Shown here: positions 47,537-56,573 of the stretch, piece by piece | How the letters are laid out: each line of letters opens with the position of its first letter | Numbering within the stretch: position 1 is the first letter of the stretch | From: Tannerellaceae bacterium | GTDB taxonomy: Bacteria; Bacteroidota; Bacteroidia; Bacteroidales; Tannerellaceae | NCBI GenBank assembly: GCA_031274415.1 | Contig: JAISQD010000054.1 | Coordinates: 1,691 to 65,690, forward strand | Reading direction: 5' to 3' | Length of the DNA: 64,000 bases | Translations under genes and position numbers: made by a program | The notes under the pieces: generated by a model | Database searches by the model: none | What the model was told of the DNA's origin: nothing | The model's input: only the letters and a program-made list of their open reading frames with translations

Positions 47537-49451
47537 TCTTTCTTACAATTAAATTCATTTCTTCTTTTATCTTCTCTATTTTTTGTTCCATCTCTTTGAT
47601 CAGGCCTCCGCCGCCTTTGGAAGAGACACTGAGGAAGCCGATATTGTTTTCGTATGTCTGGAGTTCGTTTTTCATGCGTTCGAAAGCGCGCATCAGCTTT
47701 TCCCGTTCTCCGTATAGCTTCCCTTTTCCTTTTTCGCCACCGGCCATATCGGTCAGGTTGCTGCGGTAAGTTTGCATTTTGCGGTCTTTCTGATCCACTT
47801 TCAGCCGGTCGAACTGTTTGTCTACCGCCTCATGAAATTCTTTATAAATCTTATCCTTTTCCTTGAAAGGCACAAACCCTGTCGCATTCCATTCGGCCAT
47901 GTATTCTTTCAACGCGGCTACCGCCTCTTCCCTGCTGACGGTATCATCCAGCGAATGAACTTTTTCTATCAGTTCCCTTTTCACTTTAAGATTGAGCTGT
48001 TCCGTACTCTTTTGCGACGTAACGTTTTTGTTCTTTTGTTCGAAGAAATAGTCGCAGGCGGTGATAAAACGTTTCCACGTCGCCTCTGATTGTTTGCGCC
48101 CGACTTGTCCGATGGTTTTCCACTCTTTTTGAAGGGCGATCATTTTCTCGGTTGTTTCGCTCCAATCGGTGCTGTCTTTCAACGCTTCCGCCTTTTCACA
48201 AAGCGCCCTTTTCTGTTCGAGATTTTTTGTCATCTCGTCCTTTACGCTTTTGTAAAATTCGTTTTTCTTTTCGAAATAGACGTCACAAACAGCGCGGAAC
48301 CGTTCAAAGATTTTCACATTATACTTTTTCGGGGCGAATCCGATGTTCTTCCATTTCTCCTGTAGGGCGATCATCTCCCTGTTTTTTCGTTCCCAATCTT
48401 TAAACGTCTTTATCTGGCTGTAGTCGATACTTTCTATCTCATCACAGATCGCAATTTTCGCTTTCAGGTTTTCCTGTTCTTTCTCTTTTTGCGATTCGAA
48501 ATGCGATTGATGCTGCTTGTTGATAATCGTTGACGCCGCTTTGAACCGTGTCCATAAATCTTCGCGCAACTCTTTTGCCACCGGCCCGATTTCGCGCCAT
48601 TGCTGATGGAGCTTCTGCAGTTGGTGGAAAGCGGATATCGCATCCGGCTCATGCTGCAATCGCTCTACCGTTTCGCAAAGGGCGGTTTTCAGTTCCAGGT
48701 TCTTCTTAAAGTCGTAATCACGGAACTGGTTGTTTATCTTGATGATATCGTAGAACTTTTCGCTATATATCTGATAATTTCTCCACAATTCGTTGGCATG
48801 TTCCTGTGGAATGAGCTTTGCCTCTTTCCATCTTTGCTGGATATCTTTAAACTCGTTGTAGAGCTTATTAAAATCTTCCTGGCTTTCGGATATCTCTTTT
48901 AAACGCCCGATAAGCTGGAGTTTAAGCGCATAATTTGCCGCTCTCAACTGCTCTTCTTCAGCGTGAAGAGAGGCTCTTTTTTCTTTAAAAACAGAAAGAA
49001 GCTCTTTAATCCTGCTTTCCGCTCCGTCTTCGGGAGCGACAAAGTCCTCTTCCGTTCCTCCGCCTTCAAGGAATACTCTTTTCTGTTCGTCTATATCGGA
49101 ACGGTGAATTTTATAGAATGCCTGTTTCAGCAGCTCCACTTCATTCCGGACAGATTCGACAGGCGTATGATAGACCAATTGGGCTAACTTGTCCAGAATC
49201 TCTTCCTTGCTAAGCTTGCTGTTGGTAACAGGGGATACCTCCCCGGGAGTGGTGTCACTTGCTTCCGTTATCACCTCTTCGGGCGTTTCACTTGTTTCCG
49301 CAACTACTACCTCTTCAGGCGTTTCACTTGATTCCGTTACCACCTCTTCGGGTGTTTCACTTGTTTCCGTTGCTACCTCTTTTACCTCTTCAGTTATGTT
49401 TGCCGGCGCAGCCTCTTCTGTTGGCAAATTAGTCTCATGGGTGTCCTTCAT
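47508..49451 (-). CDS. DUF349-domain coiled-coil protein
   Basis: Repeated NL..K..LCE..E.L / LQ..WK.IG / W.RF units; QTYENNIGFL. Confidence 0.92.
   Translation of the reverse strand: MKDTHETNLPTEEAAPANITEEVKEVATETSETPEEVVTESSETPEEVVVAETSETPEEVITEASDTTPGEVSPVTNSKLSKEEILDKLAQLVYHTPVESVRNEVELLKQAFYKIHRSDIDEQKRVFLEGGGTEEDFVAPEDGAESRIKELLSVFKEKRASLHAEEEQLRAANYALKLQLIGRLKEISESQEDFNKLYNEFKDIQQRWKEAKLIPQEHANELWRNYQIYSEKFYDIIKINNQFRDYDFKKNLELKTALCETVERLQHEPDAISAFHQLQKLHQQWREIGPVAKELREDLWTRFKAASTIINKQHQSHFESQKEKEQENLKAKIAICDEIESIDYSQIKTFKDWERKNREMIALQEKWKNIGFAPKKYNVKIFERFRAVCDVYFEKKNEFYKSVKDEMTKNLEQKRALCEKAEALKDSTDWSETTEKMIALQKEWKTIGQVGRKQSEATWKRFITACDYFFEQKNKNVTSQKSTEQLNLKVKRELIEKVHSLDDTVSREEAVAALKEYMAEWNATGFVPFKEKDKIYKEFHEAVDKQFDRLKVDQKDRKMQTYRSNLTDMAGGEKGKGKLYGEREKLMRAFERMKNELQTYENNIGFLSVSSKGGGGLIKEMEQKIEKIKEEMNLIVRKIDTIDETLE
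49255..49381 (-). repeat. Coding tandem repeat of 33-36 bp, about 4 copies (ETSETPEEV)
   Basis: Repeated ACCTCTTCRGGYGTTTCACTTG on the + strand. Confidence 0.85.
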
Positions 49452-49638
49452 ATTTAATACGCTTTAAGAACAGAACAATTGATTCTGTATCTGATCACAA
49501 AATAAAATAAATATTTTTGGATTACCTCATTTAGAACGCTTTTTTTCTTATAATTTACTCCGATATTGTTAAAAATACACAGATTTGCATAAAGAAATGG
49601 CAAAGCAAACCTGTGAATCGCCTGTTTCAGGTGTTTGT

Positions 49639-50874
49639 TTAACCTAAAAACGAAATAAGTACGCCGGCGGCGACAGCCGATCCGATGACCCCAGAAATGT
49701 TACTTGCCATACAATATTGCAAGACGTGATTGCTTTGGTCGTATTTCAAGGCGATCTCATTCGCTACACGCGACGCCATCGGTACGGCGCTCAATCCGGT
49801 TGCGCCAATCAAAGGATTGATTTTCTTTTTAGTAAACAGGTTCGCCAATTTAACAAAGAAAATCCCGCCGGTAATGGAAAGGGCGAAGGCAAGGAAGCCG
49901 CCGATAACAATCCCGATGGTTGTCACATTGAGGAAAGCCTCTGCCGTCATGGTGGCTCCTACCGACAGTCCCAGAAAAATGGTCGCCGCATTCATGATGC
50001 TGTTCGACGCCGCATCGAACAAACGGAATGTATTGACACCAAGCTCTTTCACCAAATTGCCGAACATCAACATCCCGATCAGGGGGACAGCGCTTGGAAC
50101 GAACAGCGCAACCACCACCGTTACCGCAATAGGGAACAGGATCTTCAACACACGCATGTTCTTTATTTCCACACCGGAAGGATACCGCTTTTCCTGTTCC
50201 TTCATGTTGATACGCAGCTCTTTTTTGGTACAAAACAACCGCACGACCAAAGGAATAATGACCGGCACCAGCGCCATATAGGAGTAGGCGGCAATCGCGA
50301 TGGGACCCAGTAGGTGGGGAGCGAGTTTGATCGTCGTAAAGATCGCTGTCGGGCCATCCGCACCGCCGATAATACCTAATGCCGCCGCCTCTTTGGGGGT
50401 GAACCCGATCAGTATCGCGATGAATAAAACGGCAAAGATACCCAATTGGGCGGCCGCTCCGAAAATGGAAAGCCGCAGGTTCCTCAACATCGGCCCGAAA
50501 TCCGTCAACGCCCCCACTCCCATGAAGATGACAGGAGGAAGGAAGCCCGTCTTGATCAGCATATAATAGATAAAGTTCATCAATCCCAATTCGTGGGCGA
50601 TATCATGGAGCGGCATTTCCCAGATATTCTTCATCACGCCGTGTACGTTGATCATCCCCTGTTCATCGGCCTGTATGACACCCATTTCTCCTCCGGGGAA
50701 ATTGGCTAATAACACGCCGAAAGCAATGGGGACAAGCAATAGCGGCTCATATTGTTTCCTGATACCGAGATAGAGCAGGATAAAGGAAATCGCATACATG
50801 ACAAGAAACTGCGGTTCGGCGATAATGTGGCTGAACGCTGTCATTTCATACAGGTTTTTGACGATCTCGTTCAT
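49639..50874 (-). CDS. oadB: Na+-transporting decarboxylase beta subunit
   Basis: YEPLLLVPIAFG, GALTDFGP, GIIGGADGPT, AAYSYMAL, SAVPMASR, GVIGSA. Confidence 0.93.
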   Translation of the reverse strand: MNEIVKNLYEMTAFSHIIAEPQFLVMYAISFILLYLGIRKQYEPLLLVPIAFGVLLANFPGGEMGVIQADEQGMINVHGVMKNIWEMPLHDIAHELGLMNFIYYMLIKTGFLPPVIFMGVGALTDFGPMLRNLRLSIFGAAAQLGIFAVLFIAILIGFTPKEAAALGIIGGADGPTAIFTTIKLAPHLLGPIAIAAYSYMALVPVIIPLVVRLFCTKKELRINMKEQEKRYPSGVEIKNMRVLKILFPIAVTVVVALFVPSAVPLIGMLMFGNLVKELGVNTFRLFDAASNSIMNAATIFLGLSVGATMTAEAFLNVTTIGIVIGGFLAFALSITGGIFFVKLANLFTKKKINPLIGATGLSAVPMASRVANEIALKYDQSNHVLQYCMASNISGVIGSAVAAGVLISFLG

Positions 50875-52787
50875 TGTTGAATGGTCATTAATACATCATC
50901 TTCCGAAACCGTATCGCCGGCTGAGACGAGGATAGAGGTGATTTTTCCGCCAAACTCCGCACGAATCGTATTGTATGTTTTCATCGCCTCTATGTAGCAG
51001 ACAATATCCCCTTCCCTGACGGTATCTCCCACTTTCACAGGCGTATCGGAGGCGTTCTTCACCAGGAAGAATTTGCCTTCCAGTGGGGAGAGGATTTCCT
51101 GTCCGCTTCCGCCGGCTGTTGGTGTGGACGGGACAGGCGGCGGCGTGCCCTTTTCCGCGATGGTATCCATGGCGGTGGGAGTCTCTCCAAATGAGATCGT
51201 TACACAGTATCGCTGTCCATCTACATCCACGTTCATTCTCTGCGGCGTTGCCGGTAGAGGATAAGCCGGAGGGAGGGAAGCGGCTGTACCGGCTGCCGCC
51301 GGTGGCAGTTGAGCCGGCCCGTTTTGCGCCGTTTTACGCTTGGCTACATCTGCCAGAAACTCCACCTTCGCTTTTCCCGAACGATAGGCTTCGTATTGTG
51401 CCGGATGCATGGCATACTCAAACAGTTCTTCGTCGTCATCGCCTGTTTCCCAATGTTTTCCGTTCATCAGTTTACGGTATTTGTCTAACGCATCGGGATA
51501 ATTGTCTTGTGGATTCCCTTCAAAAAACGCACGTCCTTCCTCTTTGGCTTTTTCGATAATTTCGGGCGCCAGCTTTCCCGGCAACCGTCCGGCTTTACCC
51601 AGTATCATATCCCAGATATCGTCCGCAATCATACTCCAGCGTTCCTTTCCTTTTTCTATCTGCATGACATTCATCATCGCCAGGTTTTTCACGTATTGGC
51701 TGAATGGCGTGACTAACGGGGGATACCCTACGCGCGGCCATACATAGGCCACCTCCTCAAACAATTTGATCAACAACTGGTCTTCCGTCATTAACGGCAG
51801 GTTCTTTTTCTGGTTGCCTTTATTGATACTTTCCAGGTTCTTTTCCAGGTCGGACATGAGGCTTCCCATCATACCGCCGGGAAGTCCCGGAGCGATCAAT
51901 AACGAGTTCATTAACCGGTTTTTCGGGCTGATATACAGTCCCAAGAAATCATCCATAAATTCCTGTATCAGGCTGCGTACCTTCATATACGCTTCCATAT
52001 TGATGTCGGGAACCTTGTAGCCGGCGTCTTTCAGCATCGCCTGGACGGTCAGCAGGTCGGCATGCCCCGTGCCCCATGAGAGCGGCTCCATGCCGACGTC
52101 GATATAGTCGCAACCCGCCGCACAAACAGCCAGGATGGACGCCACATTGAATCCCGGCCCGGCATGGCTGTGGTATTGCACCGGAATCTCCGGATACCTC
52201 GTTTTGATGCCCTCTACGATACGCCCCAGCGAGTAGGGACGGCCTATACCGGCCATGTCTTTGATACAAATTTCGTCAGCCCCCAACCGGATCAGTTCGA
52301 GCGCCATTTTTGTGTAATAGTCGATCGTATGGATGGGGGAATGGGTGATCGAAAGCGAACATTGCGAGATCATACCCGCCTCTTTGGCATAGGTGATCGA
52401 GGGGGCGATATTCCGCACATCGTTCAGTCCGCAAAAAGTCCGGGCGATATCCGTCCCCTGCGCCTTCTTTACCTTATAAAATAGCCGGCGCACATCGTCG
52501 GGTACGGGACTCATCCTCAGCCCGTTCAGGGCGCGGTCTAACATATGGGTTTGGATACCGGCTTCGTTGAACGGCTTTGTCCATTCGCGCACTGCCCTGT
52601 TCGGGTTTTCTCCAAACAGCAGGTTGACCTGTTCAAACCCTCCGCCATTGGTTTCAACCCTATCGAAACAGCCCATCTCAATGATGGCGGGAGCAACCCG
52701 GACCAACTGGTCGACACGGGGGATATATTTTCCGGCCGACTGCCACATGTCGCGGAATACTAAGCTAAACTTGATTTCTCTTTTCAT
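50871..52787 (-). CDS. oadA: Oxaloacetate decarboxylase alpha subunit (carboxyltransferase plus biotinyl domain)
   Basis: RDMWQS, IKDMAG, HSH, PGGMMGS, GYPPLVTPFSQ, Pro/Ala linker, EAMK biotinylation site. Confidence 0.92.
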   Translation of the reverse strand: MKREIKFSLVFRDMWQSAGKYIPRVDQLVRVAPAIIEMGCFDRVETNGGGFEQVNLLFGENPNRAVREWTKPFNEAGIQTHMLDRALNGLRMSPVPDDVRRLFYKVKKAQGTDIARTFCGLNDVRNIAPSITYAKEAGMISQCSLSITHSPIHTIDYYTKMALELIRLGADEICIKDMAGIGRPYSLGRIVEGIKTRYPEIPVQYHSHAGPGFNVASILAVCAAGCDYIDVGMEPLSWGTGHADLLTVQAMLKDAGYKVPDINMEAYMKVRSLIQEFMDDFLGLYISPKNRLMNSLLIAPGLPGGMMGSLMSDLEKNLESINKGNQKKNLPLMTEDQLLIKLFEEVAYVWPRVGYPPLVTPFSQYVKNLAMMNVMQIEKGKERWSMIADDIWDMILGKAGRLPGKLAPEIIEKAKEEGRAFFEGNPQDNYPDALDKYRKLMNGKHWETGDDDEELFEYAMHPAQYEAYRSGKAKVEFLADVAKRKTAQNGPAQLPPAAAGTAASLPPAYPLPATPQRMNVDVDGQRYCVTISFGETPTAMDTIAEKGTPPPVPSTPTAGGSGQEILSPLEGKFFLVKNASDTPVKVGDTVREGDIVCYIEAMKTYNTIRAEFGGKITSILVSAGDTVSEDDVLMTIQQ

Positions 52788-52808
52788 ATTGTGTTGAAAA
52801 CGTATTGC

Positions 52809-53102
52809 TTATGGTTGTTTTTCTATTTTTATTACTTTCCCTCTCCCTCCTGTGGCCAAGCCTACGGCGGACAGGATCGCCACGACGGTCGCCCGGTTAC
52901 TGCTTTCTTCTTCTTTCGGCACCGGAATAGCCGCCTGCCCAGAACCGGGCGCCTGTTTCTTCGCGCCGCCACCCTCTTCCGGCGCATAGCGGTTGACCAA
53001 AGCGGCCAATCCCTTACCCAGCTGGATAACAAGGAGAAGGATCAGAAATACCGTAGTCATACCTACGGCCATCAATAAAAATCCTGTTTGTAAATGTTCC
53101 AT
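52809..53102 (-). CDS. oadG: Decarboxylase gamma subunit (OadG family)
   Basis: GMTTVFLIL TM helix and VAILSAV; first gene of oadGAB. Confidence 0.88.
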   Translation of the reverse strand: MEHLQTGFLLMAVGMTTVFLILLLVIQLGKGLAALVNRYAPEEGGGAKKQAPGSGQAAIPVPKEEESSNRATVVAILSAVGLATGGRGKVIKIEKQP

Positions 53103-53563
53103 TATTCTGTTGTATTATAACCTATTCAAACCGTGTATAAGGAATCGAAAATCATCGACAAAGTAAAAAAACAGTTACAAAAGTAACAAATTACCTGATC
53201 ATTACGTGATACTATTTCCCTAAAAAATTAAAAAAAACAACAACGCCCTGTTTGAATGTATCGAATTGTAAGTAAAGAGGCCTAATTTTGTTTCGATTTA
53301 TTATATACATGGAAGATAAAAGTTTGTATAAGGAACATCTGTTTTGCGCTTTCTCCATTTTCTTAAAAAAATAAAAACAGCCTCAAAACAGTGGCCGGAT
53401 TTCGCCCTTTTAATGCTAATGATTGTTAAATTTCTGATTTATTGTCAATAAAAAGGCCATTTCGCTATCTTTAACATTTTAAAAAGGGGCATAAAATGAG
53501 TCGAAAAAAGCCGCTTTATATAATATTATGCCTATTTTGAGGGGTGATTTACATTCGTTCACT

Positions 53564-53665
53564 AAAAACATCAGCATTATTTCCTGAAATGATGCTGATC
53601 ATTTTCCAAAAACATGGCCGTATTTTCCCAAAATCATAAGCATCATTTCCAAAACTGATGCCGAA
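53564..53665. repeat. About five degenerate 22-bp tandem units (AAAAxxAT...ATTTxCC)
   Basis: Units start at 53564, 53586, 53608, 53630 and 53652. Confidence 0.7.
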
Positions 53666-54114
53666 AGATATTCCGGGTCAGTTAATGTTGCATAAGTTTT
53701 CGTTAAATCAACATTTTTTACGCCCCATTTTCTCTCTTTTTCCGCACCTAACGAATTTGACATATTCATGCTAATTTCAGTTAATTTGCAGATAAATGAC
53801 AGAAAAGTAAGCCTGTTAAGGTAGTTAAATCCATTTTTCTCCTAAAATCGCTGACAAAATGTATTTTTCAAACCATTAATTTCTGCTATTTTTCTCGTTT
53901 AAGGAGAGATTTCGGGGCAAAGAAACGGGTTTTGGCGGGGGGTAATTTTGACTATTTGTCACAAAAGCGGCCAAACCACTATTTTCAGGCTTCATTTTGT
54001 CTTTTTGACAAAACTGTAAAATCTACTTGCTGAATCCGCTGCTCTATGCAAGACTATTGGTTATATCATAATTATTTGTTTATTTTGGAATCAATAAATA
54101 AATGATAAATAGTC

Positions 54115-54894
54115 ATGGATTTCTTTTTAACCACTACAATCACCCCTTTCGTCAAGAAGTTCAGAGAGAGGTACAAGTATAAAATTCCTGCCGTCAATTT
54201 TGATGAAATATTGAATGTGGGTGATTATGTTACGCTCAACAGGGATAGCACATTCAACAAGGAAGGGGCGATCAACAGCAGGGAAGGCATGAACATTCCC
54301 TTTTCTACAAGCCCTCCTGAAGCCCAGTCCTGGGATATACAAGTAAACGGCAGTAAGGGTTGTAAACTATTTGCCCAAGGTGAATCACCTGTAGAAGGGA
54401 TCACGGAGGCTTCCGTTGAAATAAGTTTTGACTCGAACCATTCTTTTTACTATAAGGCACAAGCGTTACGAATAGAACGAATGAAAGATCCCATACTCAC
54501 ACTGGAAAATGACATCCTGTATCGTTTTCATCATGGAGGAAGAGATGGAGTACCTAAATGGGATAAAGCGTTTGCTGTAGTGACGGCTGTCATAATTGGT
54601 AAAAATATTGAACTGATAGAATCCACAGCAGGCCAAACAACCGTTTGGTTGAGTTGTAAAAGCGATTTTCCTGTTGATGGGCACCCTTTTAATGATATGG
54701 GCGCCCATCTGGAAATCATATCCTCTTCTAATGGTAATTGTCGTTTAAAGTCAAATGAGCAAGAGGTTGCAATTGCTTATGTCATGCACCAGCTAAAGGG
54801 GTTTCCAAAGAAGAAGGTCAGAGCCATGAAGGGAGTTTCCCAAAAAGATATCTTTGATTTGCCTGATATGGGATATCAACTGGTTGAAATTTAA
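54115..54894 (+). CDS. Bacterial gasdermin-like pore-forming protein
   Basis: 259 aa; N-terminal helix then LNVGDYV; FAVVTAVIIGKNIELIESTAGQTTVWLSCK and LEIISSSNGNCRL...IAYVMHQL follow the strand pattern of bacterial gasdermins; ~30-aa C-terminal tail. Confidence 0.72.
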   Translation: MDFFLTTTITPFVKKFRERYKYKIPAVNFDEILNVGDYVTLNRDSTFNKEGAINSREGMNIPFSTSPPEAQSWDIQVNGSKGCKLFAQGESPVEGITEASVEISFDSNHSFYYKAQALRIERMKDPILTLENDILYRFHHGGRDGVPKWDKAFAVVTAVIIGKNIELIESTAGQTTVWLSCKSDFPVDGHPFNDMGAHLEIISSSNGNCRLKSNEQEVAIAYVMHQLKGFPKKKVRAMKGVSQKDIFDLPDMGYQLVEI

Positions 54895-54926
54895 CAGTTT
54901 TTGTCTATCACTAAAAAGAAAATGAT

Positions 54927-54968
54927 TATCTTTGCTCATATTTTTGCGCGTATTTTGCTCATATTTTT
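54927..54968 (+). promoter_or_regulatory. Putative internal promoter with a duplicated 15-mer
   Basis: TATCTTTG (54927) and TATTTTTG (54939) -7 boxes; TTTGCTCATATTTTT at 54931 and 54954. Confidence 0.5.
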
Positions 54969-55017
54969 TGAGAATATAAAAAGCGTTATGAGATAATAAT
55001 ATTGAAATCAACGTGTT

Positions 55018-55254
55018 ATGATAATAGATGAAAGTATCCAAAAGTTTCAAGAACAGATTGATGAGTTACATCGTGACGCAGAAAAAAGCGGGTCTCAGTG
55101 GTTAGAAACTGCATATAAAAAAATGGGAGATCATTATAGGGAACATCCCATTGATCTCCAAAACAGTGTCGAGATTGCAAAGAAAAGGAATGAAAACTTC
55201 AGAAAAAGTATTCAAGTTGAGGATGAGGTCTTTAACAAGGCATTTACTATCTAA
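55018..55254 (+). CDS. Small helical hypothetical protein in the gasdermin island
   Basis: 78-aa charged ORF, co-oriented between the gasdermin-like and peptidase-like genes. Confidence 0.7.
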   Translation: MIIDESIQKFQEQIDELHRDAEKSGSQWLETAYKKMGDHYREHPIDLQNSVEIAKKRNENFRKSIQVEDEVFNKAFTI

Positions 55255-55297
55255 AGACTTTTCTTTTTGAAAGAGTACCCAAAAGTTCAAAAACGTA

Positions 55298-56347
55298 ATG
55301 CCGGATACCGTAAAAACAAAAAAACTTGATTATCCCTTTGATGTCATTGAGTATAACGGTAAATCGTCTATCTTGAACGTTTTAAAGGACTACACGAATG
55401 GATTAATTGACGATAAACAATCGGAATCAAATAAACGTTTTGACTATTTAGATGACTATTTGGGGCAAAATGGAATTGGTGTTCAAACCGTAGTTTTTGA
55501 GTTCGATTACATAGATAAGGATTATACAGAAGACTACGCTCGTTTTTACAGCCGTTGTTTTCGGCATTACCCCTCTAAGTGTATTCGCTTGCATTTCTTT
55601 ACAGATCTGTTTGACAAAGCTGAATTTAAGCGATACCTGTTAAACCAGGAGAATAAAAATATTCAGGATTCATATGCTGGCTTTGTGGTATTCAAAGACG
55701 AAATAGGAGAAAATTATAGATTATCAACTTCATGGGGGAGGTTTGACGATAAAAAGGTATTGGATGAACAAAAGGGAATCCCCAGAGATAAACAAATAGA
55801 AGCTGCTCCGACTTTGCTCATGATTCCTTTATATCATAAAATCCGTATCCCGTTTGAACTGATACTTCGTATTGTAAACGAATTCTCCTCTTTTACAAAG
55901 TTGGCGTCTTTTGTCGTTTGGGATATATACTTGACAACGGCTTGCAAACTAAAACAAATGTTCAGAGAATATAGTGGAAAAATTAATGATGAAGAAAGGT
56001 TGAAACTCTTAACGTATAATTATCCACGATACATCTGGGTCGTAGATGCACGGTTGATGGGTATGGAGCATCCGGAGGATTTTCCGCCGGACTTTTCCTA
56101 TTACTTCGACGCAACCGATATACCCCATAGTGATTTCTTCTTGTTTGCCCTGCATTGGGAGCCCGATAGCCGTAAGCTTATAAAAGACATGATACAAAAG
56201 GTTGTGGTAAACAAATATGAATCTCATCAGGTCAATCAGATCATTGATTATTATAAGGATCCCAACAAACTAAATCCCAATCAAACCTCCAGTTTATTAA
56301 AGATAGATCCTTTGCCAAAAATCCTTCCAACTTCAGCAATTCAATGA
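55298..56347 (+). CDS. Protein resembling a papain/C39-like peptidase family, apparently with an internal deletion of the catalytic core
   Basis: YIDKDYTEDYARFYSRCF...CIRLHFF...YAGFVVFK is joined almost directly to LSTSW...PLYHKIRIP...PRYIWV...FDATD; no Q..C/H/D catalytic segment is visible (family pattern recalled, not searched). Confidence 0.55.
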   Translation: MPDTVKTKKLDYPFDVIEYNGKSSILNVLKDYTNGLIDDKQSESNKRFDYLDDYLGQNGIGVQTVVFEFDYIDKDYTEDYARFYSRCFRHYPSKCIRLHFFTDLFDKAEFKRYLLNQENKNIQDSYAGFVVFKDEIGENYRLSTSWGRFDDKKVLDEQKGIPRDKQIEAAPTLLMIPLYHKIRIPFELILRIVNEFSSFTKLASFVVWDIYLTTACKLKQMFREYSGKINDEERLKLLTYNYPRYIWVVDARLMGMEHPEDFPPDFSYYFDATDIPHSDFFLFALHWEPDSRKLIKDMIQKVVVNKYESHQVNQIIDYYKDPNKLNPNQTSSLLKIDPLPKILPTSAIQ

Positions 56348-56573
56348 AAGTCTCCGTGTGTGAATGTCCAGCCATTCGTCCATCAAGTCGTTGCCATTTC
56401 CAACTTCCGAGATATACTTTTCTATTTCTTCATTCAGCTTATTGAGGAATAGCTCATCATTTTTGTTGAAAACAAGATTCGAATAAGAGGTCGACGGCGA
56501 ACGGGCTGTTTTTGCATCAAAAAAATAACTAACTTTGTGGCTTTAATATGATAACGTAAATCATCATTTAGCA

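Noticed and set aside
53512-53540. Possible dif/Xer site (ATAATATTATG)
   Set aside because: The spacing and arms do not match the 11-6-11 XerC/XerD architecture; it is probably chance in AT-rich DNA.
53103-56500. Prophage or IS origin for the gasdermin island
   Set aside because: No integrase, transposase, tRNA target or flanking direct repeats could be seen.
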